NCBI GenBank assembly: GCA_937875815.1 | Contig: CALFHU010000161.1 | Span: forward strand, 1-54,565 | Direction: 5' to 3' | Origin: an uncultured Actinomycetes bacterium | GTDB taxonomy: Bacteria; Actinomycetota; Actinomycetes; S36-B12 | DNA length: 54,565 nucleotides | Part shown: piece after piece, positions 39,895-50,115 of the stretch | Layout of the letters: each line of letters opens with the position of its first letter | How positions within the stretch are numbered: the first letter of the stretch is position 1 | Translations under genes and position numbers: made by a program | The notes under the pieces: generated by a model | Seen by the model: only the letters and a program-made list of their open reading frames with translations | Databases searched by the model: none | What the model was told of the DNA's origin: nothing

Positions 39895-41784
39895 GTGACC
39901 GTTATGCCAGCAGAGGGGCTTTTCTCCCTAATGTGGCTTCTCATTGCGTTGCCGTTGGCGGGCGCAGCAATTTTGCTGTTTACCGGTCGGCGCTCCAACT
40001 CGTGGGGGCCTTACCTGGGAGTAATGACCGTGTGCGCATCCGCTGTTCTTGGCGTCTTGCTTCTGATTGAAATGATGGGGCTGCCAACAGAGGAAAGAGC
40101 CATAACACAGGTCGCCTACCAATGGGTTTTCGTTGGCAACTTCACCGTTGATCTTGCATTCCAGTTGGATCAGCTCTCCATGGTGTTCATTCTGCTCATC
40201 ACAATCGTGGGCTCCCTCATTCACATTTACTCATTGGGCTACATGTCCCATGATCCCGATAAGCGTAAATTCTTCGGCTACTTGAATCTTTTCGTGGCAG
40301 CCATGCTGTTGCTCGTTATGGCGAACAACTACTTACTGCTCTACGTCGGCTGGGAAGGTGTGGGTCTGGCCAGCTATCTACTTATTGGTTTCTGGCAGCA
40401 TAAGGCAACGGCTGCTGCTGCGGCCAAGAAAGCTTTCATTATTAACCGCATTGGTGACGTAGGCCTGAGCCTTGCCATCATGTTGATGTTTGTGACCTTC
40501 GGTTCGGTTACTTTCTCAGATGTCTTTGGGTCAGCGACCCAAGCAAGTGAAGGAACTTTGACCGCGATTGGGCTACTCCTACTGCTCGCAGCAGCCGGCA
40601 AGTCGGCCCAGTTCCCGCTGCAGGCCTGGTTGCTTGACGCGATGGAGGGCCCAACACCCGTCTCTGCACTTATCCACGCCGCGACCATGGTGACCGCTGG
40701 CGTGTACTTGATCGCCCGAAGCAACGTGATTTATAACAATGCCGAGTGGGCAGCGATGGCGGTCATTGTTGTAGCTTTGATCACGATTTTTATGGGCGCA
40801 ATTATCGGTTCAGCAAAAGACGATATTAAGAAGGCACTTGCCGGATCCACCATGAGCCAGATTGGCTACATGATGCTTGCAGTTGGTCTTGGCCCAATTG
40901 GTTACGTTTTCGCCATCTTCCACCTGGTCACTCATGGTGTATTCAAAGCCGGGCTTTTCCTTGGCGCTGGGTCGGTAATGCACGGAATGGATGACAACGT
41001 CAATATGCGCCGTTATGGAGCATTGCGATCGGTCATGGTGATCACCTTTATTACCTTTATGGCCGGCTACCTAGCAATTATTGGTATTCCGCCGTTCTCA
41101 GGCTTCTGGTCGAAAGACGAAATCATTCACGCCGCATTTGAGCGTGGTTGGTTTATCGGTGGCGCGGCAGTTCTCGCAGCCGGTATCACCGGTTTCTACA
41201 TGACCCGCATGGTTGCCATGACCTTCTTTGGTAAGAAGCGCTGGGAGAGCGACGTCCACCCACATGAGTCACCAGCCGTGATGACAATTCCGCTGATCAT
41301 TTTGGGACTTGGCTCAACTTTCCTAGGCATGGCACTGTTGTTCTGGGGCGATATTGAAAGTTGGTTGGAACCTGTGGTGGGTTACGAAAGCGAGCCAACG
41401 CCCTTACCCACGAGTGCATATATCGGGATCACGCTGACCTTTGTGATCGCAGGAGCGATCATCGGCTGGATCTCCTATGCCCGCCGTGAAGTGCCAGTTG
41501 ATGCGCCATCTGGCAATTGGCTCACCCGCGCAGCGCGCAGAGATCTTTACGGCGACGCGGTTAATCACGCACTTGTTGTGGCACCCACCAATTACGCAGC
41601 CCGTGCGTTGGTGTGGTGTGACGCCCGCGCGATTGACGGATTCGTTAATGGGTCGGCCGCAGTTGTCGGTGGGCTGTCTGGCCGCTTGCGGCGCACCCAG
41701 TCTGGCTTTATTCGATCTTATGCATTGTCCATGGTGGGCGGGGCTGTATTGGTGCTTCTCGCCCTATTGTTGGTGAGGATCTAG
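39895..41784 (+). CDS. nuoL: NADH-quinone oxidoreductase subunit L
   Basis: [38 protein letters not shown]. Confidence 0.97.
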   Translation: MTVMPAEGLFSLMWLLIALPLAGAAILLFTGRRSNSWGPYLGVMTVCASAVLGVLLLIEMMGLPTEERAITQVAYQWVFVGNFTVDLAFQLDQLSMVFILLITIVGSLIHIYSLGYMSHDPDKRKFFGYLNLFVAAMLLLVMANNYLLLYVGWEGVGLASYLLIGFWQHKATAAAAAKKAFIINRIGDVGLSLAIMLMFVTFGSVTFSDVFGSATQASEGTLTAIGLLLLLAAAGKSAQFPLQAWLLDAMEGPTPVSALIHAATMVTAGVYLIARSNVIYNNAEWAAMAVIVVALITIFMGAIIGSAKDDIKKALAGSTMSQIGYMMLAVGLGPIGYVFAIFHLVTHGVFKAGLFLGAGSVMHGMDDNVNMRRYGALRSVMVITFITFMAGYLAIIGIPPFSGFWSKDEIIHAAFERGWFIGGAAVLAAGITGFYMTRMVAMTFFGKKRWESDVHPHESPAVMTIPLIILGLGSTFLGMALLFWGDIESWLEPVVGYESEPTPLPTSAYIGITLTFVIAGAIIGWISYARREVPVDAPSGNWLTRAARRDLYGDAVNHALVVAPTNYAARALVWCDARAIDGFVNGSAAVVGGLSGRLRRTQSGFIRSYALSMVGGAVLVLLALLLVRI

Positions 41785-43343
41785 TGAATACGTACCCGTG
41801 GTTAACCACAATCGCTCTGCTGCCGCTTGTGGGCAGCGTGATTGTAATTTTGACTCCCAAGCACAACGCCAGACTTGCCAAAACTGTGGCGCTTGCCTTC
41901 TCGCTGCTCACCCTCGGTGCGGTAATCGCAATGGCACTGAATTTTGATGCCAATTCTCAGGAAGCTTTTCAATTCACGGAAAGCTACGCCTGGATTCCCA
42001 CATTCGGCATCAACTTTTCGTTCGGAGTGGACGGAATTGCTTTAGTTCTGATTGCACTTGCTGCAACGTTGGTTCCAGTCGTGATTTTGGGCGGCTGGGA
42101 TGAAGGACTTGAGTCACAGGGCAGCGTGAAAGGCTACTTTGCGTTAATTCTGGTACTGGAGTCGCTCATGGTCGGGGTATTTGCCGCAACCGACGTCTTC
42201 TTGTTCTACGTTTTCTTTGAAGCAATGCTGATTCCGGTCTACTTCATGATCGGGCGCTACGGTGGTCCGCAACGCTCCTACGCTGCCGTTAAATTCCTGA
42301 TTTACAGCCTGGTCGGTGGCTTGTTCATGTTGGCCTCCCTGATTGGCCTCTATATCGTTTCGGCCCAGATCACGGGTACGGGAACATTTGACTTTACGAC
42401 TTTGGTGGGTCTTGATATCGATCCGGATGTCCAGAAACTGCTATTCCTTGGTTTCTTCTTTGCTTTTGCAATCAAGGCGCCACTGTGGCCATTTCATACT
42501 TGGTTGCCCGACGCAGCCGGCCAAGCCCAACCCGGAACCTCGGTCCTGCTGATTGGAGTCCTGGATAAGGTAGGAACTTTCGGCATGATTCGCTACTGCC
42601 TAGAAATCTTCCCGGCGGCGAGCACTTTCTACGCCCCGGCTGTGATCTCGATCGCTCTGATCGGAATTTTCTATGGTGCCTTTGTCGCCCTGAAGCAAAC
42701 CGATCTGAGGCGGCTCTTTGCCTACTCGTCAATCTCCCACTTTGGCTTTATTGCCTTGGGTATTTTCGTGTTCACATCGGCGGGGCAAACCGGCTCCATG
42801 ATTTACATGGTGGCGCACGGCCTGAGCACTGCGGGATTGTTCATTGTCGCGGGCTACCTCATGGCGCGTCGGGGTGGATCTGCTCAGCTGTCCTCATTTG
42901 GCGGCGTGAACAAGGTGGCCCCGGTTCTCGCCGGCTTCTTCTTGATCGCGGCGCTCTCGAGCCTGGCCCTACCAGGCATGGTGTCCTTCATTGGCGAGTT
43001 CCTGGTCCTGCTGGGAGCGTTCCAGCAGTACATGTGGGTGGGCGCAGTCGCAACCGTGGGCATTGTGATTACGGCGGCTTACGTCTTGCGGGTGTATCAA
43101 AAGAGCATGACCGGGCCGCTGAACCCCGATTGCGAAGGCATGAAGGATCTCAACGGACGCGAGATTACTGCCCTCGCACCCATTGCCCTGCTAATAATTG
43201 TGCTCGGAGTCTTCCCGGCTCCATTACTCAATGTGATCAACCCAGCAGTTGACCGAGTCATGACCACGGTGGGTGTGAGTGACCCGGAGGTCACCTTCCC
43301 GATCTTGGGTGAATCGGCTACGAGCGAAGGAGGATCGGAGTGA
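41784..43343 (+). CDS. nuoM: NADH-quinone oxidoreductase subunit M
   Basis: FYVFFE, K.P.WPFHTWLP, AYSSISH, F.GEF. Confidence 0.97.
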   Translation: MNTYPWLTTIALLPLVGSVIVILTPKHNARLAKTVALAFSLLTLGAVIAMALNFDANSQEAFQFTESYAWIPTFGINFSFGVDGIALVLIALAATLVPVVILGGWDEGLESQGSVKGYFALILVLESLMVGVFAATDVFLFYVFFEAMLIPVYFMIGRYGGPQRSYAAVKFLIYSLVGGLFMLASLIGLYIVSAQITGTGTFDFTTLVGLDIDPDVQKLLFLGFFFAFAIKAPLWPFHTWLPDAAGQAQPGTSVLLIGVLDKVGTFGMIRYCLEIFPAASTFYAPAVISIALIGIFYGAFVALKQTDLRRLFAYSSISHFGFIALGIFVFTSAGQTGSMIYMVAHGLSTAGLFIVAGYLMARRGGSAQLSSFGGVNKVAPVLAGFFLIAALSSLALPGMVSFIGEFLVLLGAFQQYMWVGAVATVGIVITAAYVLRVYQKSMTGPLNPDCEGMKDLNGREITALAPIALLIIVLGVFPAPLLNVINPAVDRVMTTVGVSDPEVTFPILGESATSEGGSE

Positions 43344-44875
43344 ATACCTTTACAGCTCCGCAGATCGACTACGTAGCCATTTCGCCGATTCTGATTGTCG
43401 GAATCGCCGCGCTGCTGTCGGTGTTGGCGGAAACTTTTCTACCACGTTTCCTTCGCCGGCAAATCCAGTTAATGCTGACGTTTTTCTCTTTGATTGGCGC
43501 ATTTATCCTTCTGGTGATCAACCACAACCTTCGTACAATTACCGTCGGAGGGGCGGTCGCGATTGACGGCCCAGGTGTTGTCCTGATGGGCACGATTCTT
43601 CTCCTCTCACTGCTCAGCGCGTTTCTCATTGCCGAGCGCTCCTTGGACAGTCTGGGGGATGCATTCGCGCCCAGTGCATCGGCGCTACCAGGGTCAGTTG
43701 ACGAACGCGAGTTTTCCGCACGCGGCTACTTCCAAACTGAAGTGTGGACACTGTTCCTATTCGCGGTCTTTGGCATGCTCGTATTTGTAGTTGCCAACGA
43801 CCTGCTGTTCATGTTCGTGGCACTTGAGGTGATGTCATTGCCGCTCTACCTCATGGTCGGCATGGCTCGCCGCCGCCGGCTACTTTCGCAAGAAGCCTCA
43901 CTCAAATATTTTGTGCTGGGAGCATTTTCATCCGCATTCTTTATTTTTGGTGCGGGGTTGGTGTATGGATTTGCTGGCTCAATCTCGCTACCTGTCATCC
44001 ACGATTCACTGGCATCGACCACGGGCGAAACGCTTCTGATCGTGATCGGCATGGCCATGCTGCTGGTTGGATTGTTCTTTAAAGTGGGCGCCGTTCCATT
44101 TCACCAATGGACACCGGATGTGTATCAAGGTGCACCGACCCCAATTACCGCTTTCATGGGCGCCACGGTCAAGGTCGCTGCTTTCGGCGCCATGATGCGT
44201 TTGCTTTACGTGGCATTTTCCGGAATTCAATGGGACTGGGAAGTCATCTTGTGGACCGTTGCGATCCTCAGCATGCTGATTGGGTCGCTGATTGCACTCA
44301 CCCAAAGTGATGTCAAGCGGATGCTCGCGTATTCCGCGGTGGCGCAATCCGGTTTCATCCTGGTGGGCGTTGTCGCGGCAAGTCCTGCCGGTATCGCGGC
44401 AGTAATGTTTTATCTGATTGCCTATGGTCTGGTTACGGTCGGCACCTTGGCAGTTATTTCTATGGTGCGCGATTCCTCCGGTGAGGCGACGCATCTGTCC
44501 AAATGGGCTGGACTTGGCAAGAAGTCCCCCGTGTTGGGCGCGGTCATGGTGATCTTCATGTTGTCCCTGGCGGGCATCCCCCTCACCAGCGGGTTCGTGA
44601 TCAAGTTCGGTGTCTTTGCGGCTGCAATTGCTGAGGGTGACGCCTGGCTGGTAATTGCCGCGGTCATCGCGAGCATTATCGCCGCGTTCTTCTACGTACG
44701 GGTGATTGTGGTCATGTTCTTCTCCGCGCCTAATGAGAAAACGGCGTCGGTGGCCATTCCTTCGATCTTGACCACCATCACGGTCGCCGCCACGGCCACC
44801 GCAACCTTGGTGCTGGGAATAATCCCGCAGCCGATGTTGGATCTGTTGAGCAATGCCGGAATATTCATCAGGTAG
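43340..44875 (+). CDS. nuoN: NADH-quinone oxidoreductase subunit N
   Basis: EA.LKYF, FKVGAVPFH.W.PDVYQGAP, KRMLAYS, SLAGIP. Confidence 0.97.
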   Translation: MNTFTAPQIDYVAISPILIVGIAALLSVLAETFLPRFLRRQIQLMLTFFSLIGAFILLVINHNLRTITVGGAVAIDGPGVVLMGTILLLSLLSAFLIAERSLDSLGDAFAPSASALPGSVDEREFSARGYFQTEVWTLFLFAVFGMLVFVVANDLLFMFVALEVMSLPLYLMVGMARRRRLLSQEASLKYFVLGAFSSAFFIFGAGLVYGFAGSISLPVIHDSLASTTGETLLIVIGMAMLLVGLFFKVGAVPFHQWTPDVYQGAPTPITAFMGATVKVAAFGAMMRLLYVAFSGIQWDWEVILWTVAILSMLIGSLIALTQSDVKRMLAYSAVAQSGFILVGVVAASPAGIAAVMFYLIAYGLVTVGTLAVISMVRDSSGEATHLSKWAGLGKKSPVLGAVMVIFMLSLAGIPLTSGFVIKFGVFAAAIAEGDAWLVIAAVIASIIAAFFYVRVIVVMFFSAPNEKTASVAIPSILTTITVAATATATLVLGIIPQPMLDLLSNAGIFIR

Positions 44876-44887
44876 TAGCCTGAGCAC

Positions 44888-45874
44888 ATGAACCGGATCT
44901 TCCACGCCAGTGATCCGGTTTTTGAGGCACACATCAGTTCTGAGCTCGCGCTGGTAGAGAAGGCGCTCTTGGAGTCCACGCGCAGTGAGTACCCCTTCGT
45001 TTCTGAGACTTCGCGTCATCTTGTTGTTGCCGGAGGCAAGCGCTTTCGCCCACTGTTGGTATTACTGGCAGCCGAATTCGGAGATCCAAAATCACCTGAA
45101 GTAATACCGGCGGCGGTGGTAGTTGAGCTCACACATCTAGCGACCCTGTATCACGACGACGTCATGGATGAAGCCACTATGCGGCGGGGTGCGACCAGCG
45201 CGAATGCCCGCTGGGACAACACGGTTGCGATTCTTACCGGAGACTTCCTTTTCGCGCGCGCATCGCAAATTTTGGCCGGTCTTGGACCCGATGCTGTACG
45301 CATTCAGGCTGAAACATTTGAGCGGCTATGCACTGGGCAAATCAAGGAAACCGTCGGTCCGTTGGATGGTGAAGACCCGGTTAAGCATCACCTGTCGGTC
45401 TTGTCAGAAAAAACGGGCTCACTCATTGCCACCTCGGGGCGATTCGGCGCCATGCTCAGCGGTTGCAACCCGGAGGTCGTCGACACACTGACTAAGTTTG
45501 GTGAGCAAATTGGCGTCGCTTTTCAATTGGCGGACGACATCGTGGACATTACCTCAATGTCCGAACAGTCGGGCAAGATCCCAGGGACCGATTTGCGGGA
45601 GGGGATACCGACGCTGGCCGGGTTGATCGCCCTTACTCAGGCACACCCAGAGAATGCTCAACTGCGAGAGTTGCTCTCACGCCCACTGCCTGATCCTGCA
45701 GAACACGCGGTGGCTCTGGAGCTGTTGCGTACTCATTCGAGTCTGAATGAAGCGCGGCTTGAAGCGTGTCGCTGGGCAGATGAAGCGCGGCGAACCCTGG
45801 AACCACTGCCCGAGATTGCCGCAAAGGAGACGTTGATCGCGTTGTGTGACTACGTGGTAACTCGCACGGGTTAA
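44888..45874 (+). CDS. Polyprenyl diphosphate synthase (GrcC/HepT-like)
   Basis: GGKRFRP, LYHDDVMD..RRG (FARM), KT, FQLADD (SARM). Confidence 0.94.
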   Translation: MNRIFHASDPVFEAHISSELALVEKALLESTRSEYPFVSETSRHLVVAGGKRFRPLLVLLAAEFGDPKSPEVIPAAVVVELTHLATLYHDDVMDEATMRRGATSANARWDNTVAILTGDFLFARASQILAGLGPDAVRIQAETFERLCTGQIKETVGPLDGEDPVKHHLSVLSEKTGSLIATSGRFGAMLSGCNPEVVDTLTKFGEQIGVAFQLADDIVDITSMSEQSGKIPGTDLREGIPTLAGLIALTQAHPENAQLRELLSRPLPDPAEHAVALELLRTHSSLNEARLEACRWADEARRTLEPLPEIAAKETLIALCDYVVTRTG

Positions 45875-46827
45875 GGCTGCAGCAGTGTTTCTTGTAGCTG
45901 CCTTGTGCGGGTTCGAGCGTGTCGGTACATGTCTACCGTGAAAATAATGATTGAAGTCCAGACCAGCGTGAAACCAATCCATCGTCCGGTACTCATAGCT
46001 TCCTCAAAGACGAAGACTCCCAGTATGAATTGGCTAATCGGGGTGATGTATTGCAATACCCCAAGCGTTGAAAGGGGAATACGGGTTGAGGCGCCACCGA
46101 AAGCGAGCAGAGGAACGGCGGTTACCGGGCCGAGCATAATCAGTAGGAAGGTAATTTTTGGGCCGTCGAGAACGAAGGACTCGCTACCGCGTGCCACCGC
46201 TATGGCAAGGATGATCAGCGCAACGGGGAATAGAACCGCAGTCTCAATGCCAAGACTGTGCAAGGAAGGAAGGTTCGCAAATTTCTTGAGCAGGCCGTAG
46301 GTTGCGAATGAGACGGCAAGGGTGAGAGCAATCCAGGGGACTGAACCCGAGGCAATGGTCAGCACGACAACGGCGATGAGGGCGATTCCTACGGCAGCCC
46401 ATTGGGTAAGTCGAAGGCGTTCTTTGAGAATGATTACGCCCATCGCTACGGAGATGAGTGGGTTGACGAAGTAGCCGAGAGAGGCTTGGACAACTTGATT
46501 AGAACTTACCGCGTAGACATATACCAGCCAATTGATAGAGAGAAATATTGCGGCAGAGCCAAGAATTAAAATATTTCGACGGCTGAAAGCTGCTGTGAAT
46601 GCTCGCCATTGTTTGCCAATGATCAGGACCAGGACGACAACAATTAGGGACCAAATAATTCGATGGGCAACGATCTCAATCGGTGAAACCGAATCAAGCA
46701 GTGCGAAGAAGAGGGGGAACATTCCCCAAAAAAGGTATCCAGTGACTCCGAGTAGGACCCCGGTTGAATGAACAGAGCGCTCGCGCAGTGCCACCGGTTC
46801 CACCTGATCCTTAGAATTGAGAGACAC
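45871..46827 (-). CDS. rarD: EamA family transporter RarD
   Basis: EIVAHRIIWS, NW..Y, ASLGYFVNP, YGLLKK, QYITP. Confidence 0.93.
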   Translation of the reverse strand: MSLNSKDQVEPVALRERSVHSTGVLLGVTGYLFWGMFPLFFALLDSVSPIEIVAHRIIWSLIVVVLVLIIGKQWRAFTAAFSRRNILILGSAAIFLSINWLVYVYAVSSNQVVQASLGYFVNPLISVAMGVIILKERLRLTQWAAVGIALIAVVVLTIASGSVPWIALTLAVSFATYGLLKKFANLPSLHSLGIETAVLFPVALIILAIAVARGSESFVLDGPKITFLLIMLGPVTAVPLLAFGGASTRIPLSTLGVLQYITPISQFILGVFVFEEAMSTGRWIGFTLVWTSIIIFTVDMYRHARTRTRQLQETLLQP

Positions 46828-46894
46828 TCTGTGAATGCGTGGTGTCAGACTACTCAGGGCACAGAGGCGAGTCGAGCGGGATAGGCTTTTGGAC

Positions 46895-47293
46895 GTGCCC
46901 CGCTACGCCTTGACTTCTGACCCACGCGTGGGCGTAGAGATTGTCAGCGCGGCCCTGGCCTGCTGCACATTGGAGTTACAGGCGGCCTTAGGCAGCGGAG
47001 CTTTGGTTGAATCAAGTGAGGAGGGTGCCTCGCCAAGTGTGATTGTGATTGCGGGAACCGTGACCGACGCACTAGTTCCTAGTGTTGTGCAGCTGATCCG
47101 GGCTCACCCCGGGGTCAAAGTTATGTCCTTTGGTGCGTGCGCAACAAGTGGTGGCCCGTATTGGGACTCGCCTCCGGTGTCAAAAGGAATTGACCAGTTC
47201 GTGGAAGTAGCAACTTATGTTGCTGGTTGCCCGCCTCGCCCGGACGCATTCATTCAAGCCATTCAAGATCTCGCCTGCTCCGAGGATGCCTAG
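46895..47293 (+). CDS. Second, shortened NuoB-like Fe-S protein (NuoB2)
   Basis: LACC.LE, AGTVTD, FGACATSGGPYWDS, GCPPRP: all four cluster Cys retained. GTG 46895 follows a TAGGCT -10 box. Confidence 0.85.
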   Translation: MPRYALTSDPRVGVEIVSAALACCTLELQAALGSGALVESSEEGASPSVIVIAGTVTDALVPSVVQLIRAHPGVKVMSFGACATSGGPYWDSPPVSKGIDQFVEVATYVAGCPPRPDAFIQAIQDLACSEDA

Positions 47294-47791
47294 ATGAATC
47301 GCGTATTCACCTGGCAACAGGTCGAACCCGACCAGTGGCGCAACAAGATAAGTGAGCTGATCGATTCAGGTTTTGTCTATTTTGATTTCCTGACCGGTGT
47401 GGACCGTGAGAATATTGACAGCGACGCGGACTGTGAAGTTGTTGCCCATCTGGCAAAGTCGGATCTGTCTGATTCCCGCATTATTTTCACTCAAGTAAAA
47501 AGTGAATTGGCTAGCATCGCAGACCTCGCACCAGCATCAAGTTGGCACGAACGAGAGTGCGCGGAGATGTATGGCATCACATTCACGGGCGGTGACACCA
47601 GCCCTTTGTTACGACACGAAGGATTAGGCAGACCACCGCTGCGCAAGTCAGCAGTTCTTGCGGCGCGGGTACTGACTCCGTGGCCGGGCGGAGCTGAACC
47701 CGAAATTAGAGAAGACGGCCGCAAGGTGGGCAATGTTTCGCGACGAAGGCAGCGGCCACCGGGTGTCCCTGAGAATTGGATCACACCATGA
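47294..47791 (+). CDS. Second NuoC-like protein (NuoC2)
   Basis: FDFLTGVD, WHERE..EMYGI.F.G, PLRK..VLAARV..PWPG..EP. Confidence 0.85.
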   Translation: MNRVFTWQQVEPDQWRNKISELIDSGFVYFDFLTGVDRENIDSDADCEVVAHLAKSDLSDSRIIFTQVKSELASIADLAPASSWHERECAEMYGITFTGGDTSPLLRHEGLGRPPLRKSAVLAARVLTPWPGGAEPEIREDGRKVGNVSRRRQRPPGVPENWITP

Positions 47792-48105
47792 AACATTCAT
47801 TTATTGCATTGATTGAAGACAAGTGCACTTCATGCATGTTGTGCGTGCGCGAATGCCCCGCCTGGTGCATCCACCTTGATTCGCACACTGTTGAGGTATC
47901 CGAAGAAGGTGCGCGACGCCCCAAGAAAGTCAACGTTCTTGACTCTTTCGACATTGACTACTCGCTGTGCATGTACTGCGGAGTCTGCATCGACGTGTGC
48001 CCATTTGATGCACTCGCATGGGATGAACACCGAGCCCTCGCAACCACAAATCGCCAAGACATGCTATTGGGAATTGAGGACCTTCGACCTAACGGTAGTT
48101 CGTAA
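47788..48105 (+). CDS. NuoI2-like 2[4Fe-4S] ferredoxin
   Basis: [12 protein letters not shown] and [16 protein letters not shown]; ATGA overlap with the nuoC2 stop. Confidence 0.87.
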   Translation: MKHSFIALIEDKCTSCMLCVRECPAWCIHLDSHTVEVSEEGARRPKKVNVLDSFDIDYSLCMYCGVCIDVCPFDALAWDEHRALATTNRQDMLLGIEDLRPNGSS

Positions 48106-48580
48106 ATTGCACCGCAAAGTCAAAGTCAGCACCATTAATCAAAGCGATGACGTCCTGTAAATCGTCCCGATTCTTGCTCGTAACGCGTAATTCATCTCCC
48201 TGAATCTGGGTCTTGACCGCCTTGGGCCCGTCGTCACGAATTAACTTAGCGAGTTTCTTTGCATGTTCTTGGCTAATTCCATTATTGAAGGAGCCATTAA
48301 TTTTGTGCTCTTTGCCCGATGCGCGAGGCTCGCCTGCGGTGAATGCCTTGAGACTGATTCCACGCTTGATAATTTTTTCTTTGAACACTTCAAGCGCTGC
48401 AGCAACCCGCTCCTCGGTACTACTGGTTAGCTCAACGTCCGTCTCACCTTTCCACTCAATTGTGGTCTGCGTGTTCTTAAAATCGAAGCGCTGAGAGAGC
48501 TCCTTGGCCGCCTGATTGAGGGCGTTGTCGGCCTCCTGGTGGTCAACCTCTGAAACGATGTCAAAACTACTATCTGCCAT
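48089..48580 (-). CDS. yajQ: YajQ family nucleotide/c-di-GMP-binding protein
   Basis: [32 protein letters not shown]. Confidence 0.96.
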   Translation of the reverse strand: MADSSFDIVSEVDHQEADNALNQAAKELSQRFDFKNTQTTIEWKGETDVELTSSTEERVAAALEVFKEKIIKRGISLKAFTAGEPRASGKEHKINGSFNNGISQEHAKKLAKLIRDDGPKAVKTQIQGDELRVTSKNRDDLQDVIALINGADFDFAVQFTNYR

Positions 48581-48680
48581 TGTGGGTTCCTTTCCGTTGG
48601 GTCAATCTAACTAATGAAGGGCACGTGCCAACCAACTGCACCTGTGAGCACCGGCACATGTAGTGTGTGCCGGGCATTAC

Positions 48681-48763
48681 GGCAGATTGCCCGAGCGGCC
48701 AATGGGAGCGGACTGTAAATCCGTCGGTTTATACCTTCAGTGGTTCGAATCCACTATCTGCCA
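48681..48763 (+). tRNA. tRNA-Tyr(GTA)
   Basis: Acceptor GGCAGAT/ATCTGCC, anticodon arm GCGGA-CTGTAAA-TCCGT, long variable arm, GGTTCGAATCC. Confidence 0.96.
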
Positions 48764-48770
48764 CGTGTTA

Positions 48771-48801
48771 AAGGGTCCCCTTGTAGAAGGGGGCCCTTTT
48801 T
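48771..48801. terminator. Intrinsic, probably bidirectional terminator between tRNA-Tyr and the SDR gene
   Basis: AAGGGTCCCCTT-GTAG-AAGGGGGCCCTT stem followed by T run; short A run on the other side. Confidence 0.8.
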
Positions 48802-49717
48802 AAAATGGGTAGCTCACGCCGGTTATTTCCTCGGACCAATCCCACAGCCGGCGGGCTTCTAGGGCATCTGTGGCAGATTCATCCCGGGCCACCAGTGTGG
48901 GGTTGCCGCGGGTCTGCCATTTGTCTGCAGGACCGACATAGCTGTTGTTGGGCAGGCCGGGGGCAGTTGCTGCGAACAAGATCGGGAGTGCACCGATATT
49001 CACGTTTTGAGAGATCATTTGGGTAAGAAATTCAGTGACATGAAACTCTAGGTTATTGCCCCGCATTCGCGAAGCAACCCCTTGAAGGTTCGTGGCAACC
49101 AAGCCCGGGTGTGCGGCGACTGCGCCGACGCTGTAATCGTCAAGATCGAGGCGGCGAGAGAATTCCGTGGTGAAAAGCAGGTTGGCTAATTTTGATTGCG
49201 CGTAGGCGCCCCATGCCCGATATTTTTTTGCGCCCATCGGGTCATCAAAATTAAATCGTTTTGCCATTCGATGGGCTAATGAGGACACTGTCACCACCCG
49301 CGAATGGGGTACGGCGACCAAAGCTGGGAAGAGCAATCCGGTTAAGGCGAAGTGTCCCAGGTGATTTGTGGCCAATTGCATCTCAAATCCTTGGGCACTT
49401 GTGCGTTGGGGAGTTGCCATGATGCCGGCATTGTTAATCAGTAGATCAAGCCCCTGCGGGTGTTCATTGGACCAGGCACCGGCGAACTCGCGAACAGAGT
49501 CGAGATCAGAAAGGTCGAGGACCTCGGCGGTGGTATCCCCACCGATGGCTGCGGCCGCATGATCTCCTTTTGACCGGTCGCGCACGGCGAGGGTAAGAGC
49601 GGCGCCCTGGTGGGCCAATGCTTTGGCAGTTTCGAAACCAAGGCCTGAATTTGCCCCGGTGATGATCACCGATCTACCGGTGAGATCGGGCAGATGAGCA
49701 GTTGTCCATGGGGGCAT
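48800..49717 (-). CDS. Short-chain dehydrogenase/reductase (RDH/WWOX-like)
   Basis: TGANSGLG, NNAG, NHLGHF, VSS, YAQSK, HPG. Confidence 0.93.
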   Translation of the reverse strand: MPPWTTAHLPDLTGRSVIITGANSGLGFETAKALAHQGAALTLAVRDRSKGDHAAAAIGGDTTAEVLDLSDLDSVREFAGAWSNEHPQGLDLLINNAGIMATPQRTSAQGFEMQLATNHLGHFALTGLLFPALVAVPHSRVVTVSSLAHRMAKRFNFDDPMGAKKYRAWGAYAQSKLANLLFTTEFSRRLDLDDYSVGAVAAHPGLVATNLQGVASRMRGNNLEFHVTEFLTQMISQNVNIGALPILFAATAPGLPNNSYVGPADKWQTRGNPTLVARDESATDALEARRLWDWSEEITGVSYPF

Positions 49718-49814
49718 GTCCTAATAAAACCGGGTGAAGGGGCATAAGGCAAACCACAGCGGTGACCGCAGGGGCGATCGGGCCCTGCCACTGTGTACGC
49801 TTGCGTGGCTTCAC

Positions 49815-49887
49815 GCCCCTTTAGCTCAGACGGCAGAGCGTCTCCATGGTAAGGAGAAGGTCTACGGTTCGATTCCGTAAAGGGGCT
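49815..49887 (+). tRNA. tRNA-Thr(GGT)
   Basis: GCCCCTT/AAGGGGC acceptor, TCTCC-ATGGTAA-GGAGA anticodon arm, GGTTCGATTCC. Confidence 0.95.
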
Positions 49888-49925
49888 CGGATGAAAGGTC
49901 AAGCAACTGGGGTCTTTCTTTGCTT

Positions 49926-49998
49926 GGCGGGGTAGCTCAGGTGGTAGAGCAAGCGGCTCATAATCGCTGTGTCGCCGGTTCAAGTCCGGCCCTCGCTA
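49926..49998 (+). tRNA. tRNA-Met(CAT), probably elongator
   Basis: GGCGGGG/CCTCGCT acceptor, AGCGG-CTCATAA-TCGCT arm, GGTTCAAGTCC; conserved Thr-Met-rpmG order. Confidence 0.92.
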
Positions 49999-50115
49999 CA
50001 AGATTTATGGCATCAGGCACAATAGGCACGCGAAAGAAGCAGAAATGCGAAGCACGGCACCAAATCAGAGATAAACCAGCACATGGAGATTGTGCTTTAG
50101 GGAAGTGAGAAAGCA

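Noticed and set aside
44006-45019. 337-aa antisense ORF over nuoN
   Set aside because: Shadow frame of a hydrophobic GC-rich gene; His/Arg/Asp-rich, no motifs, TTG start without signals.
48764-49814. SDR gene between two tRNAs as an integrated island
   Set aside because: No duplicated tRNA 3' end, integrase or visible compositional break.
49841-49857. Purine (A) at position 32 of tRNA-Thr(GGT)
   Set aside because: As I recall this loop is standard for actinobacterial tRNA-Thr(GGT), so it is not specific to this genome.
49926-49998. tRNA(CAT) as initiator or Ile2
   Set aside because: Lacks the C1 mismatch and three consecutive G-C anticodon-stem pairs of fMet; sequence and context fit elongator Met, although Ile2 is not formally excluded without a covariance model.
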